Shown here: in pieces, positions 1 through 11,771 of the stretch
How the letters are laid out: each line of letters starts with the position of its first letter
Position numbering within the stretch: the stretch's first letter is position 1
Source of the DNA: Eledone cirrhosa
Taxonomy: Eukaryota
Direction of reading: 5' to 3'
DNA length: 64,000 nucleotides
Assembly: GCA_964016885.1 (NCBI GenBank)
Contig: OZ024741.1
Coordinates: forward strand, 120,466,001-120,530,000
Made by a program: the position numbers and the translations under genes
Notes under the pieces: generated by a model
What the model was told of the DNA's origin: nothing
What the model saw: only the letters and a program-made list of their open reading frames with translations
The model's database searches: none

Positions 1-134
1 TACGCAAGCCATTTGCAGATTTTTCTCCCAGTTGCTGGGCCTCCATTCTATTATGCTTCTTGCTATACTGTTCTATAATATTTCTAAGTTTAGATCTAGC
101 TATACTAAATTGTGCTTGTGTTTGTTCATCGACC
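1..134 (-). mobile_element. Inverted copy of the Penelope ORF 5' part, running off the window's left edge
   Basis: Reverse complement of 1-35 matches 136-170 (1 mismatch); the minus strand reads ...RMEAQQLGEKSANGLR, the same peptide as QLGEKSANGL on +. Confidence 0.8.
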
Positions 135-135
135 T

Positions 136-2319
136 GCAACTGGGAGAAAAATCTGCAAATGGCTTGCATAAGCTCATGCAGCGCTCGCGTAATGGAGAGA
201 TAGCATGCTTTCCAACAGACAAGTCTGGCAGAATGTCGGTTGACAGTCTGCCAAATTACATCCAGGCAATGCAACCCCACATCACTAACACAAGAGAGGT
301 AACACCACAGGAGCATGAGGATAGAGAAAAAGCCCCCAATGCCCATATGATGATGTGGACAAATATAATGCAGCCCAACAAAAGGACTGCCAACAACCTC
401 CAGGCATGGAACAATGACGTGCCAGCGTTCTATGGGCTTCGAAAAGACCATAAAACGAGCAGTGACCCTGTCACAGGACCACAAACACGGCCAGTCTGTG
501 GAGCTAACATTGCTAGTAACTACAGACTGTCCTGCTTCCTCTCCCTGATCATACGCCCCATCATTGAAATCCCCCCGAAAGTATGTGACAGCACAGAGGA
601 CCTCCTCAGCAGAATCGGCGAGAGTAACCGATCTAGGGACCTAACAAACTGCATAATAGGTAGTATGGATGTAGTGTCCCTGTATCCATCTATTGACGTG
701 GATTTTGCTGTGGAGAAATGCGTAGAAATGATCAGTGAGAGCAATGTTGAATTCCATGGGATTGATACCAGTGAGCTGGGACTCCTACTTAAACTTACCT
801 ATAGTAATAATTATCTAGACACATATGACCTTAGCAACCTGTGCCCTACAAAACCAGCAAGAGGCAGACCACCTACCATTACCTCAATGGCCAAGAAAAC
901 CCACACAGATAGATGGAACGGGTGGACCAGAGCCATACGGACACCCGAAAACCACGATGAACTAAAGAAAATGATTGCACATGCGGTGGGGGCCAGCATA
1001 AAATTAACCCTTAAGGAACATATGTTCAAATTTAATGGAAAAACATATGCCCAAGAGGAGGGAGCAGCCATTGGTGTTAGCATTGCAGGCGACATAGCTA
1101 ACCTATTCATGGTATGGTGGGACAGTAGACATAAACTTAAACTTAAAGAACAATTAGAAGACCCCCTAACCCTGATAATGTACTCCCGCTACGTTGATGA
1201 TATAAATATCGTAGTAAAAACACCCCCACTAGAGAACAGTCAGGAATTAGAGAAAAACAAAATGGAAAGCATCCAGCAAATAGCTAACTCCATCCACCAG
1301 AGTATTAGAGTTACTATAGACTACCCAAGCAAACACCCCAACCATCGATTACCTGTACTAGACACAGAGCTCTGGTTAGATACCATTAATAACAAAAAAC
1401 AAATCCTCCATTCCCATTATGCCAAACCCATGACTTCCAAATATCTGATCCACCGAAACTCAGCTGTTTCGGACCATACCAAAATCAACATACTGATTGC
1501 GGATTTGGTACGGGTGATGAGAAACGTGTCCCGCATGTGCAACCCCGAAGAACTAGAGAGACACATACAACACTTCATCCACCGTATGCAGTTCTCTGGT
1601 ACAATCAGAGAGATAAAATCAGAGTGTATAGAGGAGCCAGAACCAAATGGGAAAACATGGTAAATAATGACACAAATGGGACCTGCCCCTTGTATAGGAG
1701 CAAATTTTGGAATAGAATAGAAAGAACTAGGAATTAAGCTAATAGAATAAACTCATGGTATGATAGCAATAAATACCAGAGTGTAATGTTCATCGATACA
1801 ACCCCTAGAGGTGAATTAGCTTACAAATTTAGAAGGGCCCTAGATAAATATAAACTCAATATTAAGATAGTAGAAAGACCAGGTAACTCCATAAAAACAC
1901 TTATTAGCAAGACATACCCTTTTCAAAGACCTTCCTGTATAGATAAGAAATGTATAATCTGTAAATTAAGCCCCCATATTAACTGTAAAACTAAAAATGT
2001 AGTATATAGCATAAGATGTACTGAAGGACAATGTAGAGATAAGAATATAGTGTACATAGGTGAGACAGCTCGTAGTATAGGGGAACGGATAAATGAACAC
2101 TGGCGAGACCTTCAAGATAGTAAAGAATCATCTGTACTCTACCAACATGCTAAAATAGAACATAAGGGTAAATTAGAGAACATAGAAATAAAAATAGAAT
2201 CTACACACAGAAAAGACGCAATGTTTAGACAAATCACAGAGGCAATAAACATAAATAAATTACAACCAAAATTAAATAGAAAACATGAGTGGAACAGCAA
2301 CATCACAACTTACAATTAA
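136..2319 (+). mobile_element. Penelope-like retroelement ORF (RT + C-terminal GIY-YIG endonuclease), broken by a frameshift near 1600 and a stop near 1735
   Basis: RT motifs MDVVSLYPSI, QEEGAAIG and YSRYVDD, PLE thumb LPVLDT...HYAKP, Cys linker CxxxxCxxC, and GIY-YIG NVVYSIRC...YIGETARSIGERINEH...EAINI. Confidence 0.92.
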
Positions 2320-2521
2320 GGACAAAATGAAAATACACACGCACATAGAACAAACAACCAACCAGTAACATGTAAATAAACAAATAAATAAACGAATATA
2401 AACACACACAGACACCCGGATGTAACACATGCACAGACTAAGCACACAACACACACACACAAACAAGATGGCGTAGAACAGAACAAAGGAGAGGCACAAA
2501 AAACAAAGAAAAGAATCCCCA

Positions 2522-2564
2522 GTCGCTGAAGAGGGCACAGAATGTGTGACGAAAGAACTTTGAC
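2522..2564 (+). ncRNA. Minimal type-I hammerhead ribozyme motif in the Penelope 3' region (pLTR)
   Basis: GUCG-CUGAAGA-[GGGCACA GAA UGUGUGAC]-GAAA-GAAC-UU-UGAC; stem I GUCG/UGAC; PLE pLTRs are known to carry minimal hammerheads. Confidence 0.7.
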
Positions 2565-3165
2565 AATATATAAACAACCATCTGGTTGTGGAACCAACCA
2601 ACCAACCGGAAATTTATAAATTCCTAAATTTATAAATTTATTATAATAAATTGAAGTGAAAGCAACTGGTGCGTGTGTTTCTTATATATATATATATGGG
2701 GGGGGGGGGTTATAGTATATAGATATATAACATTTAGTTACTACAGGTTCACCAATTTGAGCACACAGTACCAATGTGGGTCCAGATGTCGATGTGGTAT
2801 TGTACGTTTAGTATTACACCATAGTGATATCCTTATAGGTTTGGCTGTGCAAACAGGAGAAACAAAACTTCGGTGAGTCAGGGCTTCGGAGTTTCATGCT
2901 TAAATACTGTCACAGAGACTGCAATAGGGGAGGTAACTTGTAAAAAAGTTGAAATTGTTATCTTCATTGATTGCCTATATTGACACATTTTAAGGGAAAT
3001 AATTCTAATTATCAAAGAGAAAATTAGAATTTTATTTCTCGCCCTAGTACAGCTGATACATAAATGTAAGTATACACACATATATATACACACATATATA
3101 TATATACATATACACCCATATATACATATACATATGTACGTATGGGTTATATCGAACATTAATAA

Positions 3166-3312
3166 TTATTTCTTCTTTTGACACAAGGCCAGCAATTACC
3201 CAGTGTATTACTGGTACTTTATTTTATCGACCCCATAAGGATGAAAGGCAAAGTTAACCTCGGCAGGATTTGAACTCAGAATGACAAGGGCCGTAACTCT
3301 ATGCGTCAAAGC
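3166..3312 (-). mobile_element. tRNA-derived SINE copy (5'-truncated)
   Basis: Reverse complement of the family at 9004-9177; B-box gagttcaaatcc, core ggggtcgataaaataaaagtaccag. Confidence 0.75.
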
Positions 3313-3568
3313 AATATTGTTCGATTCATTTGTAAACAAACGGCCCGATGTGAAGCTGTGCCGTACCGGTGACCTGTTTGTTCAACACTGCCTTTGAGGA
3401 ACAATCAACATGTTTCTGGGTAATTGCTCTTCATCAGGAATATATATCCCTGCTAGTCTGTCGATTTAAGCCGTAACTCGCTCTGTATGCAAATGAGACA
3501 ACTCAGTCGATGTGTACTTAAGAAAATACTATATATTTTCAACTGTTCAACAGAGTGGCAGAAGTATA

Positions 3569-3609
3569 CAGTCCTGATGAAGAGTAATGACCCAGAAACA
3601 TGTTGATTG
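3569..3609 (+). ncRNA. Minimal hammerhead ribozyme motif (mirror copy on - at 3402-3442)
   Basis: CAGUC-CUGAUGA-agaguaaugaccca-GAAA-CAUG-UU-GAUUG; 5-bp stem I, palindromic stem III, degenerate stem II. Confidence 0.7.
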
Positions 3610-4244
3610 TTCCTCAAAGCCAGTGTTAAACAAATAGATGACTATCGGTCACCGACACGGCACAATTCAAATCGGGCCGTTTGTTTACAAACGAATCGAA
3701 CATTATTATTAATGTTCGATATAACCCATACGTACATATGTATATGGATATGTATAGGAATAAGTATGACCCCGACGGCAGAGCTCAAAAATATGTATAT
3801 GTATATATATATGTGTATGTGTGTGTATGTGTGTGTGTGTGTACGTGTGTAAACTTACATTCTAATTATCACTTTAAAGTAACTTTTTTTTTTATCGTTC
3901 AGTAGTTAAAAGTAGGATTTCTTTTTCTTCGTTTTAACAAGGCAATGCTATGCTGTTTGTATTGTGAACCTCAGCATATTCTCATTTTTTAAAAAACTGC
4001 TTGTTTTATGAACATCAGAGAGTATGATAATATATAAAGATGCCGCTCTGTGAGATCAAACCCGGAACATTATGATTGCGAAGTGAACTTCTAAACCGCT
4101 CAGCAATGCCTCCATCCTTTTAAGTTTTTACACTCTATAAACGTAATGGCTTGTTCAAGGGAGATTATTCCAATTTTCAAGGGAAGTAACCACACTGAAG
4201 TTATTTTATTAATTTTATTTCACACCGCATTAGGAAACAGCAGC

Positions 4245-4342
<98 letters not shown>
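4245..4342. repeat. (AAT)n microsatellite
   Basis: Pure AAT run. Confidence 0.95.
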
Positions 4343-4700
4343 GATCGTGCCTGATTGTGGATGTGGCCTGCCCGTTCGACACGAGAGTGCAAGAGAAGGA
4401 GAGGGAGAAAATTAACCGATACCAGGACCTAAAGTGGGAGGTGAAAAGGATTTGGAACTGCCATGAAGTCAAAGTGATCCCGATTGTCATAGGCGCACTG
4501 GGGACTATCTCCAAAGGTTTCCAGGGATGGTTAAAGAAAATCGGCCCCTTCACGCTTTTTGGAACGCTTCAAAAGGTATGCTTGCTTGGAACGGCAAGAA
4601 CCCTCCGATACGTCCTGAATATCTGAGGCTGCAGGTAGTGGCTTGATATTCAATCCAACGGACTTTCCAGTTAACCAACATCAATGACTGAGATTCAAGG
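4343..4700 (+). mobile_element. R4/Dong-like non-LTR retrotransposon 3' end (restriction-like endonuclease C-terminus)
   Basis: DVACPFD...KINRYQDL...IPIVIGALG...LQKVCLLGTARTLRYVL; AAT repeats on both sides, as known for Dong elements targeting (TAA)n. Confidence 0.8.
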
Positions 4701-4730
4701 AATAACAATAACAATAATAATAATAATAAT

Positions 4731-6860
4731 GATTTCTTTATTAACCACAAGGGTTTACATAAAGTAGACATTAAGGACAGTGCAGGACAATACAGGACGG
4801 TACAAATGGGCATTTCTGCGTGTAAAAAACAAAAACAGAGGATGTAACAAAAATAACAATGAAAATAACAATGAAAAATTCCCCAATAGGGGGGAGACTT
4901 CGGAGGGACATTTGTGGAGAAAGCCCAGTAAAAAGCCACAATGACCCTGACCACCAAGGCAAGTGCCCTCTCCCAGTTTTCCACCTTTAATTTACAGATA
5001 TATACTCAGAGTAGGCCCATTCACTCGGGCCATTCTTGCTTCTCTCACCCATCTTTCAACAAAATGCTGGGAAGAGAGCACTTCCCTCTCTACTCTGATT
5101 TTCCTTTTCAAATGAGATTTGAAAAAGTCAATCAGAGCATCACCGAAGAGGTAAGTGCTCGTCTTCAGCCCTTTCAAACGTGTCCACCATACTATCTCTT
5201 TCGCCATGGCCACCAGACAGATAAAAACTGCCTGCCCTTCCCGGCTAAAGGAGGAGGGCGGGGCAATCCTCACGATGGACTCAGATGATAGCCGGATCCG
5301 TCCTAAACGCGACAGCAGGTGTTCGACATAAACCCACAAGTCAGCAATTTTCGGACACTGGACGTGTGCGTGCAGGACGGTTTCGTCGCCCTGCGCGCAT
5401 CTCGGACATGCCCGGCTGACGGCACCTCCATGCCTGTAGAGTTTATCCCGAACTGGCAAGGCTCCTCGGTAGCACTGCCAGGCCAGAGATTTCTGGAAGT
5501 TGTCCATAGGCCCTGGCCCGAAAGTTCTTCCGAAGAGATTGGCTAGTTGATTTTCGTCGACGCCTAGAGTTTCCCCAAGTACGTCGTCGCTCTTCCCCTC
5601 CACTAATCCTCTATAGAACGCCGAGGTGGAGTTTCCACTGATCACATTGCCCGATTGGTCGAGGGCTGTGAGCGCCTGAAGACATTCCAGTCTCCAGGCG
5701 CTCCCTCTCGGTCTTCGCTTGACCCAGGACTGCAGCTCCGTCAAGGAAACGAGCTGGGGAAATACGTGACTAGCAAACGGCGACCACACCTGATCACCGT
5801 CGAGGAAGAGGTGGAGATGTCGTAGCCTGAGCGCGTCCCTGCGCATCATCAGCCACGGCATGCCCAGCCCTCCACGTAGCGAGTGTTGACAACAGATGGA
5901 CCGCCTGACCATCGGAGCGCGTCCCTTCCACAAAAAGCGAAAGAGCAAACGCTCCAGCGCAGTCAGGCGAGGCTTAGGACAAGGTACGACGGTCAGGCGG
6001 TAGCAGATGACGGACGCGATGTACGCGTTAGCCACCTCCGCTCGACCTTTCAGGGATAGCTTCCTCTCCGCCCATTTCTGGGTGAGAGAAGCCACCCTGC
6101 TCGTCACCTCGTCCCAGTTTTTGTCCGTCTGCAGGCCCACTGACTTTTCCTGGTTGATCATTGCTCCTGTCGCCGCTTCGTATTCTCTTAGTGTAGTGCC
6201 GATCACCTCGATGTGTTTGGCGTTCGACACCACTACGGTGACATCGTCCGCATATGCTGACACGGATCTTCCGCATCCTAGTTCGCGCGGGACGCCCCTC
6301 AACGTCTCCAGTTTGTGCAGTAATGGTTCGAGAGTCAATACGTACAAGAGGGACGAGAGGGGACATCCTTGGCGGACCGAGCGCATGATGTTGAACGGTT
6401 CCGAAAGGTGACCGTTCACTCTCACCACAGAGCAGATGTCGCTGTGCATGGCAGCGATCCAGCCTCTGAAGACGGACCCAAAGCCAGCCGGCCTCAGGAC
6501 TGCCGCTGGGTAACGATGATCGACCCTATCGAAAGCTTTCGACTGATCTAAATTGATCAAGGACCCACCCGTGCCAGGTTCCCTAGCTACCCTCTCTACG
6601 ATGTATCGCATGAGGTGGAGGTTGTCGTGGATGGATCTGTCGGGAATGGCGCATGTCTGCGCCTCTCTCACCAGACCACCAACGACAAGCGCCAACCTCT
6701 TTGCTAGCACCTTGGCCAAAATCTTGAACTCTCTGTTTAGCAGAGTTATGGGCCTGAAATTATCTATGTTATCCCCCTTGTTCGCATCCTTTCTCAGCAG
6801 TGCCACCGCTCCTCGGCTCACAGAGCTGGGAATTCTCCCCTTCTGTTGCCAGTTCTCCCC
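4731..6860 (-). mobile_element. 5'-truncated Tx1/L1-clade LINE (RT + zf-RVT) with 3'UTR
   Basis: NFRPITLLN, LDQSKAFDRVDH, VRQGCPLS, AYADD, GGLGMP and CPRC..ETVLH..VQC motifs; GC-rich; ends in a (TTA)n tail. Confidence 0.9.
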
Positions 6861-7258
6861 TTCTATAGCTCCAACCGAATACCTAAACAGGCATGACAGA
6901 GCTGCACAATACATACATTGGATAATGTGTAAGCATTTTGACCTGCCCCATCAAAAGAATTGGTGGGAGCATCAACCACCTCCCACACTTGAAAAAGATC
7001 ACATCTCAATCTTGTGGAACTTTAGCATCCAAACAGACCGAAAAATAGATGCAAATAGACCTGATATAATACTGAAGGACTTTAAAAAGATGGTACGCCT
7101 GCTAATTGATATGTCCGTTCCAATAGACAAGAATGTATCTATAAAAACATTTGAAAAATTGAGCAAGTATAAGGACCTGGAGATAGAAATTGGAAAAATG
7201 TGGAAATTGAGAACTAAAACAATAGCAGTGGTTGTAGGCGCTCTAGGAATGATACCTT
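6861..7258 (+). mobile_element. Second R4/Dong-like RLE fragment
   Basis: YLNRHD, ILWNFSIQTD, NRPDI, IDMSVP, KLSKYKDL and VVVGALG motifs. Confidence 0.85.
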
Positions 7259-8030
7259 GTTCCATGCTTCAGCAACTCTAAGCGTGAAAAAATGTTTCCA
7301 AAAGTCATGGGAGCTGTGCTGTTTTCTGACTTTCTAGGCATGTCTACGTGTGTTAGACACATGGAGATCAAAAAGGTGCTCAGGGTTGTTGTGGGCGAGA
7401 TGGTTAATAACTGTGTGGGTGTTTACCAAGTCCATTGCCAGACATCGGAGCTTCAATGAATCCATGCCCAGGGAAGCAAAGCGTTCAGAGTACGGTAGGT
7501 GTCTGGTGGAGGGTATGCGCTTGGTTGCACGTCTCTGAACAGTTTCCAGGAGGTCAATGTTCTGAGCAAGATAGGGGTTCCAGACTGATGATGCGAATTC
7601 CAAGTGTGGTCGTACCATAGCTGTATACAGCTTTAAATAGATGGCTGGAGAGCGGCTAACAAAGGTCTTGCTGAGTGATGCCAAGACACCCTCGGCCTTC
7701 TTGACAATTTTAGAGGTGTGCTTTGTCCAACGCAAATCGCTGCTGACAGTAATGCCCAGATCACGTTCACAAGAGGACTTCTTGATATCAGTGTTGTGGA
7801 GGGAGTATGTGGACGCTGGATTTTTCCTCCCAAAATGCATGGTGGTACACTTGTCCACAGCCAGCTTCAGTTGCCAGTCTGTGATCCATTGCTGCATTGT
7901 GTCCAGGTTTGATTGTAGGAAAGAGTTATAGATTTCAGGATCTGTCCTTTTAATTTCAAGGTACAGCTTCATGTCATCTGCTTATTTCTGTACCGTGGCA
8001 TTCTGTAAGTTGGCATCTATGTCATTAAAA
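7259..8030 (-). mobile_element. CR1-clade LINE RT C-terminal fragment
   Basis: ADDMKL, KCTTMH, ERDLGI, VRPHLEFASSVWNPY and LETVQRRATK motifs. Confidence 0.85.
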
Positions 8031-8399
8031 CAAAGTATCTATGTGGGGTCGTTCGTCATGAAACGTCCTTTAAATTTCATTCTACCATCATAGATAAGGA
8101 AATTCATATAAAACAATCGTCTCCTATCTCCTTCAATACATTAAGATGGGGTAGGAACATTCTTTCGATTTAAGTAGACAGCAATCGTTGTACATAATAT
8201 AATTAATAAACTGAAACATAATATAATTAATAAACTAATTAATCTATATATGTAAATTCCGAATTATATATTAGGAAAAGAAAAGGAAATACTGCATCTT
8301 TCATGTAACCGCACTGTTTCTCCTTTTAACACTTTATCTCCTTTACCATTGCGTCGGTGGCGTCACTTTAACATAAGCATTTTTCTATTCACTTACCAG

Positions 8400-8601
8400 G
8401 TCCGTCAGCACTCCATCTAGCGACTCAATGCGGAGCCTTTGATGCTGTTGTGTGCCTTGTCTGTAATTATGCCCATCTTAACGCCATCGATAATAATGGA
8501 TGGACACCAATTCACTGTGCTGCTTTCTACAACCAGTCGTCTATTCTTGAAGTGTTCCTGAGACGTGACAATGAGTTGACTGAAATTCAGACTCATGATA
8601 A
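8400..8601 (+). CDS. ANKAR: ANKAR exon (ankyrin repeats); first exon identifiable in the window
   Basis: cag|GT...AA|gtaag; GPSALHLATQCG...GWTPIHCAAFYNQ resembles vertebrate ANKAR GPTPLHLAAQAC...GWMPIHFAAFYDN. Confidence 0.85.
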
Positions 8602-9003
8602 GTAAGAAATCATATCATTTATTTGCATAACTAAGATTCGTTAGTCTATGAAGGTTACGCAATCAATATTGCGTAAGTTTAAAGAGAAAAATCTGAAGTC
8701 TGGAAACAATTGTAAAAACTGCGCAATAAAACGTAATTCAATTATCCATTGTCTTCGTTGATAAAAAGAACGATCTATAAACGGATTAAATGAACCAATC
8801 AGATATGAACTACAACGGTAAAACAGGGATAACTGGATTATAATCTACCCTATATACCCCCACATCCAGTGCTAGACTTACTTATAAGATAAATAAGCTC
8901 TAGCTTCGGACCACACAGCCTCGGGGACTTCATTTTTTAAAATATATTTGTTTTATCATTAGTTTTTAGTTTTTAAATCGAAATCATCAAATATTATTTG
9001 AAT

Positions 9004-9177
9004 TGGCAGTATCGGTAGAGGGTCGGACGCCATGCTTTCCAGCATAGTTACGTCCCTTTACGATCTGAGTTCAAATCCCGCCGAGGTTGACTTTGCCTTT
9101 CATCCTTACGGGGTCGATAAAATAAAGTACCAGTAATGCACTGGGTAATTGCTGGCTTTGTGCCTAAAGTAGAAACA
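9004..9177 (+). mobile_element. tRNA-derived SINE with target-site duplication
   Basis: A-box tggcagtatcgg, B-box gagttcaaatcc; attatttgaat on both sides; related copies near 14.4-14.9, 28.0, 31.3-31.7, 34.0, 38.6-39.4 and 44.7 kb. Confidence 0.85.
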
Positions 9178-9476
9178 ATTATTTGAATATATATTAATAA
9201 TGAATCATTATGTATAATTATTTGAAATTTTTTTAGAGAATGGCCTCGAATTCCATATACCTTACGGCCTCAACAGGTAAAAGTCCGGCCCTATTCACAT
9301 CCCAGTGCCGCCTGTTCCATTGAGAGCTAAAGTAAATTAGTGAAACACAAAAATATGTATTTATATAAACATTTGCATATATTTATTTATTCATTTATTT
9401 ATTTATCTATTTATTTATTTATAAATATTTGCTTATATATATTTCTTGATTTTACTAATTACTTGCTATTCTACAG

Positions 9477-9685
9477 CCTCGAGTCTACTCCTCTCTTATT
9501 GGCGGCCACTTCCGGTTCTTTGCCAACAATCATGACATTACTGAGGTACAATGCAGATGTCACCGGATGTAACCTTCAAGATCACAATGTTCTCCACACA
9601 GCTGTCATACATGGACATACTCGTATAGTGCAGTACTTCATCGAGTTGGACATGAAACATCTGCCTGTCTGGAATATACTTGTAG
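9477..9685 (+). CDS. ANKAR: ANKAR exon (ankyrin repeats)
   Basis: tacag|...|gtcagt; LESTPLLLAATSGSLPTI...LPVWNILV; phase matches neighbours. Confidence 0.85.
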
Positions 9686-9688
9686 GTC

Positions 9689-9722
<34 letters not shown>

Positions 9723-9974
9723 TGTTATCCTGTGAGGAATACATTTCTTATTGTTATTGCTGTACAAAGGTGAAGACGCATGGCCTTGTAGTTAAATTGT
9801 TCAGCTCATGATTGTAAGGTTGTGCGTTCAATTCCTGGATCGGGCAACACATTGTGTCCTTGAGCAAGGTACTTTATTTCATGTTGCTAGGGGAAGGCAG
9901 TCTACAAGATCATGGCTCCGGATATATATATAGAGAGAGAGAGGGAGAGAGAGAGAGAGAGAGAGATGTATATA

Positions 9975-10235
9975 TATAATCGCTCGGTATGCAAATTAGG
10001 CTAATCAACCGATGTATACCTTGGAGAATACTATGTATTCTCAGCGGGTAACAGTGACGAGAGGATATATACGTAGTCTTGATAACGGCCAATAACTCCG
10101 AAACAATTGTCAACCATATTCTCTCTGCTACCGCTGAAACAAAAGATGACGTCAGTCATCTAGGAAACACACCTAGCGTTATGAGGCTGTTTGCTTGCAA
10201 ACGAACCGAATATTAAAAACAATATTGTTATTCAC
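9975..10235 (+). mobile_element. Diverged single-arm member of the 3.1-3.7 kb hammerhead-element family
   Basis: Shares cgctcggtatgcaaattaggct and gtttgcttgcaaacgaaccgaatatt; degenerate core gtgacga...GAAA-caattg-TC. Confidence 0.55.
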
Positions 10236-10258
10236 TCACTCACGAACACACACACACA

Positions 10259-10307
<49 letters not shown>

Positions 10308-10515
10308 TAGTCAACCCAAGGCTACATTAGAGGATTCATGTCCAAGTTGCCCGCAATAAGACTGAACCCAGAACCTGGTGGTTGCGAAGCGAACTCTTAA
10401 TCACACTGCCATATCTGTGCCTGTCTAAATTTTTTTATTTTGTTTTTTGTTTGTTTTTGTGAAAGTATGTAATGGTAGTACTCTTTCTTGAAACGTATTG
10501 TCATGAATTCTTCAG

Positions 10516-10620
10516 ATATGCTTAAGTTTGAAGACGCTGTGGCCCAAGAAAGTGCTGTTCGTTGCTTAGAAGAACTTGTGTTAACAAATTCAAACTGTTG
10601 GATAAATATTTACAATTCAG
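10516..10620 (+). CDS. ANKAR: ANKAR exon
   Basis: ttcag|...|gtaggt; MLKFEDAVAQESAVRCLEELVLTNSNCWINIYNS. Confidence 0.8.
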
Positions 10621-10879
10621 GTAGGTAGATAGATTTATCATAAGAGAGGGGTTGAGGGGAGGCTAAATACAGTCAATTATAAGATACATGCTGATTTATT
10701 TAAAAAAATGTTGTAGGGGGGAGGGGGTAATAATAATTCTTCTGGAATATTTTTGTTTTCAACTTTTGCGACCTTTACAGAAAAGGAGTTGTTTGTTGCT
10801 AGCGTGTGTGTGTGTGTTCATGTGTGCATAAGATTAAATGTGGAGGGAGAATGGCCGAGCAGTTAACGTGTTTGTTCTA

Positions 10880-11067
10880 CAGTGAAATTCCGTCATAACG
10901 AAATTCACGGGGTATTTAAAAGATTTGTTGTAACGAGAAATTTTTATAACGAGATCGACCGAAACAAATCGAGCGTTTGTTTGTTATTACCTCGGGGATT
11001 GAAAAAACTATTTTGTTATGCTGAAAAATTTGTTATAATGGTATTTGTTATAACGGAATTTTACCTG
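10880..11067. mobile_element. Tc1/pogo-type MITE inserted in a SINE head
   Basis: TA-cagtgaaattccgtcataac ... gttataacggaattttacctg-TA terminal inverted repeats. Confidence 0.75.
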
Positions 11068-11354
11068 TACAATAATCAGGTCCCGGGTTTAATCCCATTG
11101 TGTGGCATCGTGAGCAAGCTTCATGGCCCTCTCCTTCATACATTAATGTGTGAGGATGCTCATGTGCATGTTTGTATGCGAGCGTGTGTGTCTGTGTGCG
11201 CGTGTGTATGTGTGTGTTGGTGTCGGTGTGTGTGTCTTTATTTATATGTGAGTCTATGTCTGTGTGTATGTTCTTGAAAATGAAACCGAAGAAAGATGAT
11301 TCTACTTTGTTCATTAAATTAATAATAATATTTTCTGTTTAATTCTACACCAAG

Positions 11355-11771
11355 GTGGGGTAGTTGCTCTGGCAAATCTCTTTGATTCAACCAGCAAAGA
11401 AGTGGTGGCGCTGACCTCGTCCGTTCTTTGTAACATCACCGAGAACTTGGAAGTTCAAAAGTTGATAACAGATATTGATATTGGTCCAAACCTTGTACGT
11501 TTGTTGTCGTCTTCGGTAGGGGACATTCAAGCACGAGTGTCAATCATCATATCAGACCTGGCTTCTAACATTGAGTCAAATCAGAAGATATTTGCAAGAC
11601 AAGGAATCATTCCTGCGCTGGTCCAACTTCTCGATTCTGAAATTGAAGAAGTCTTGTTGAATACAACCAATGCTATACGAGTTATGTGTCTGGGCAATCC
11701 TGACAATCAAACTGAAGTTACCAAATGTAATGGAGTAGAACCACTCATAGACCTCTTGAATATCGGTTCAG
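11355..11771 (+). CDS. ANKAR: ANKAR exon (armadillo repeats)
   Basis: aag|...|gtgagt; GIIPALVQLL, NAIRVMCLGNPDNQ and GVEPLIDLL ARM motifs. Confidence 0.88.

Larger units (their letters stand above)
3131..3741. mobile_element. Fold-back element between TA-rich tracts, with a hammerhead motif in each arm and a SINE inserted in the left arm
   Basis: catatgtacgtatgggttatatcgaacattaataat and its reverse complement at the two ends; arms ~3315-3440 and ~3572-3705 are reverse complements. Confidence 0.8.

Noticed and set aside
2747-2872. Exon-like segment (ctacag|...|gtgagt) upstream of the ANKAR exons
   Set aside because: The only open frame is phase 2-2, incompatible with the phase-1 exon at 8400, and shows no ANKAR similarity
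6553-7281. 242-aa ORF as a single gene
   Set aside because: Chimera of antisense Tx1 sequence and a Dong endonuclease fragment
8695-8720. CTGAAGT-ctg-GAAA-caattg-TA, plus similar partial hammerhead-like strings near 28300, 35607 and 17230
   Set aside because: Core mutated and stems I/II cannot be formed; could be chance or very old relics
9004-9100. tRNA gene candidates (A/B boxes)
   Set aside because: These are SINE heads followed by a shared core and tail; no full cloverleaf
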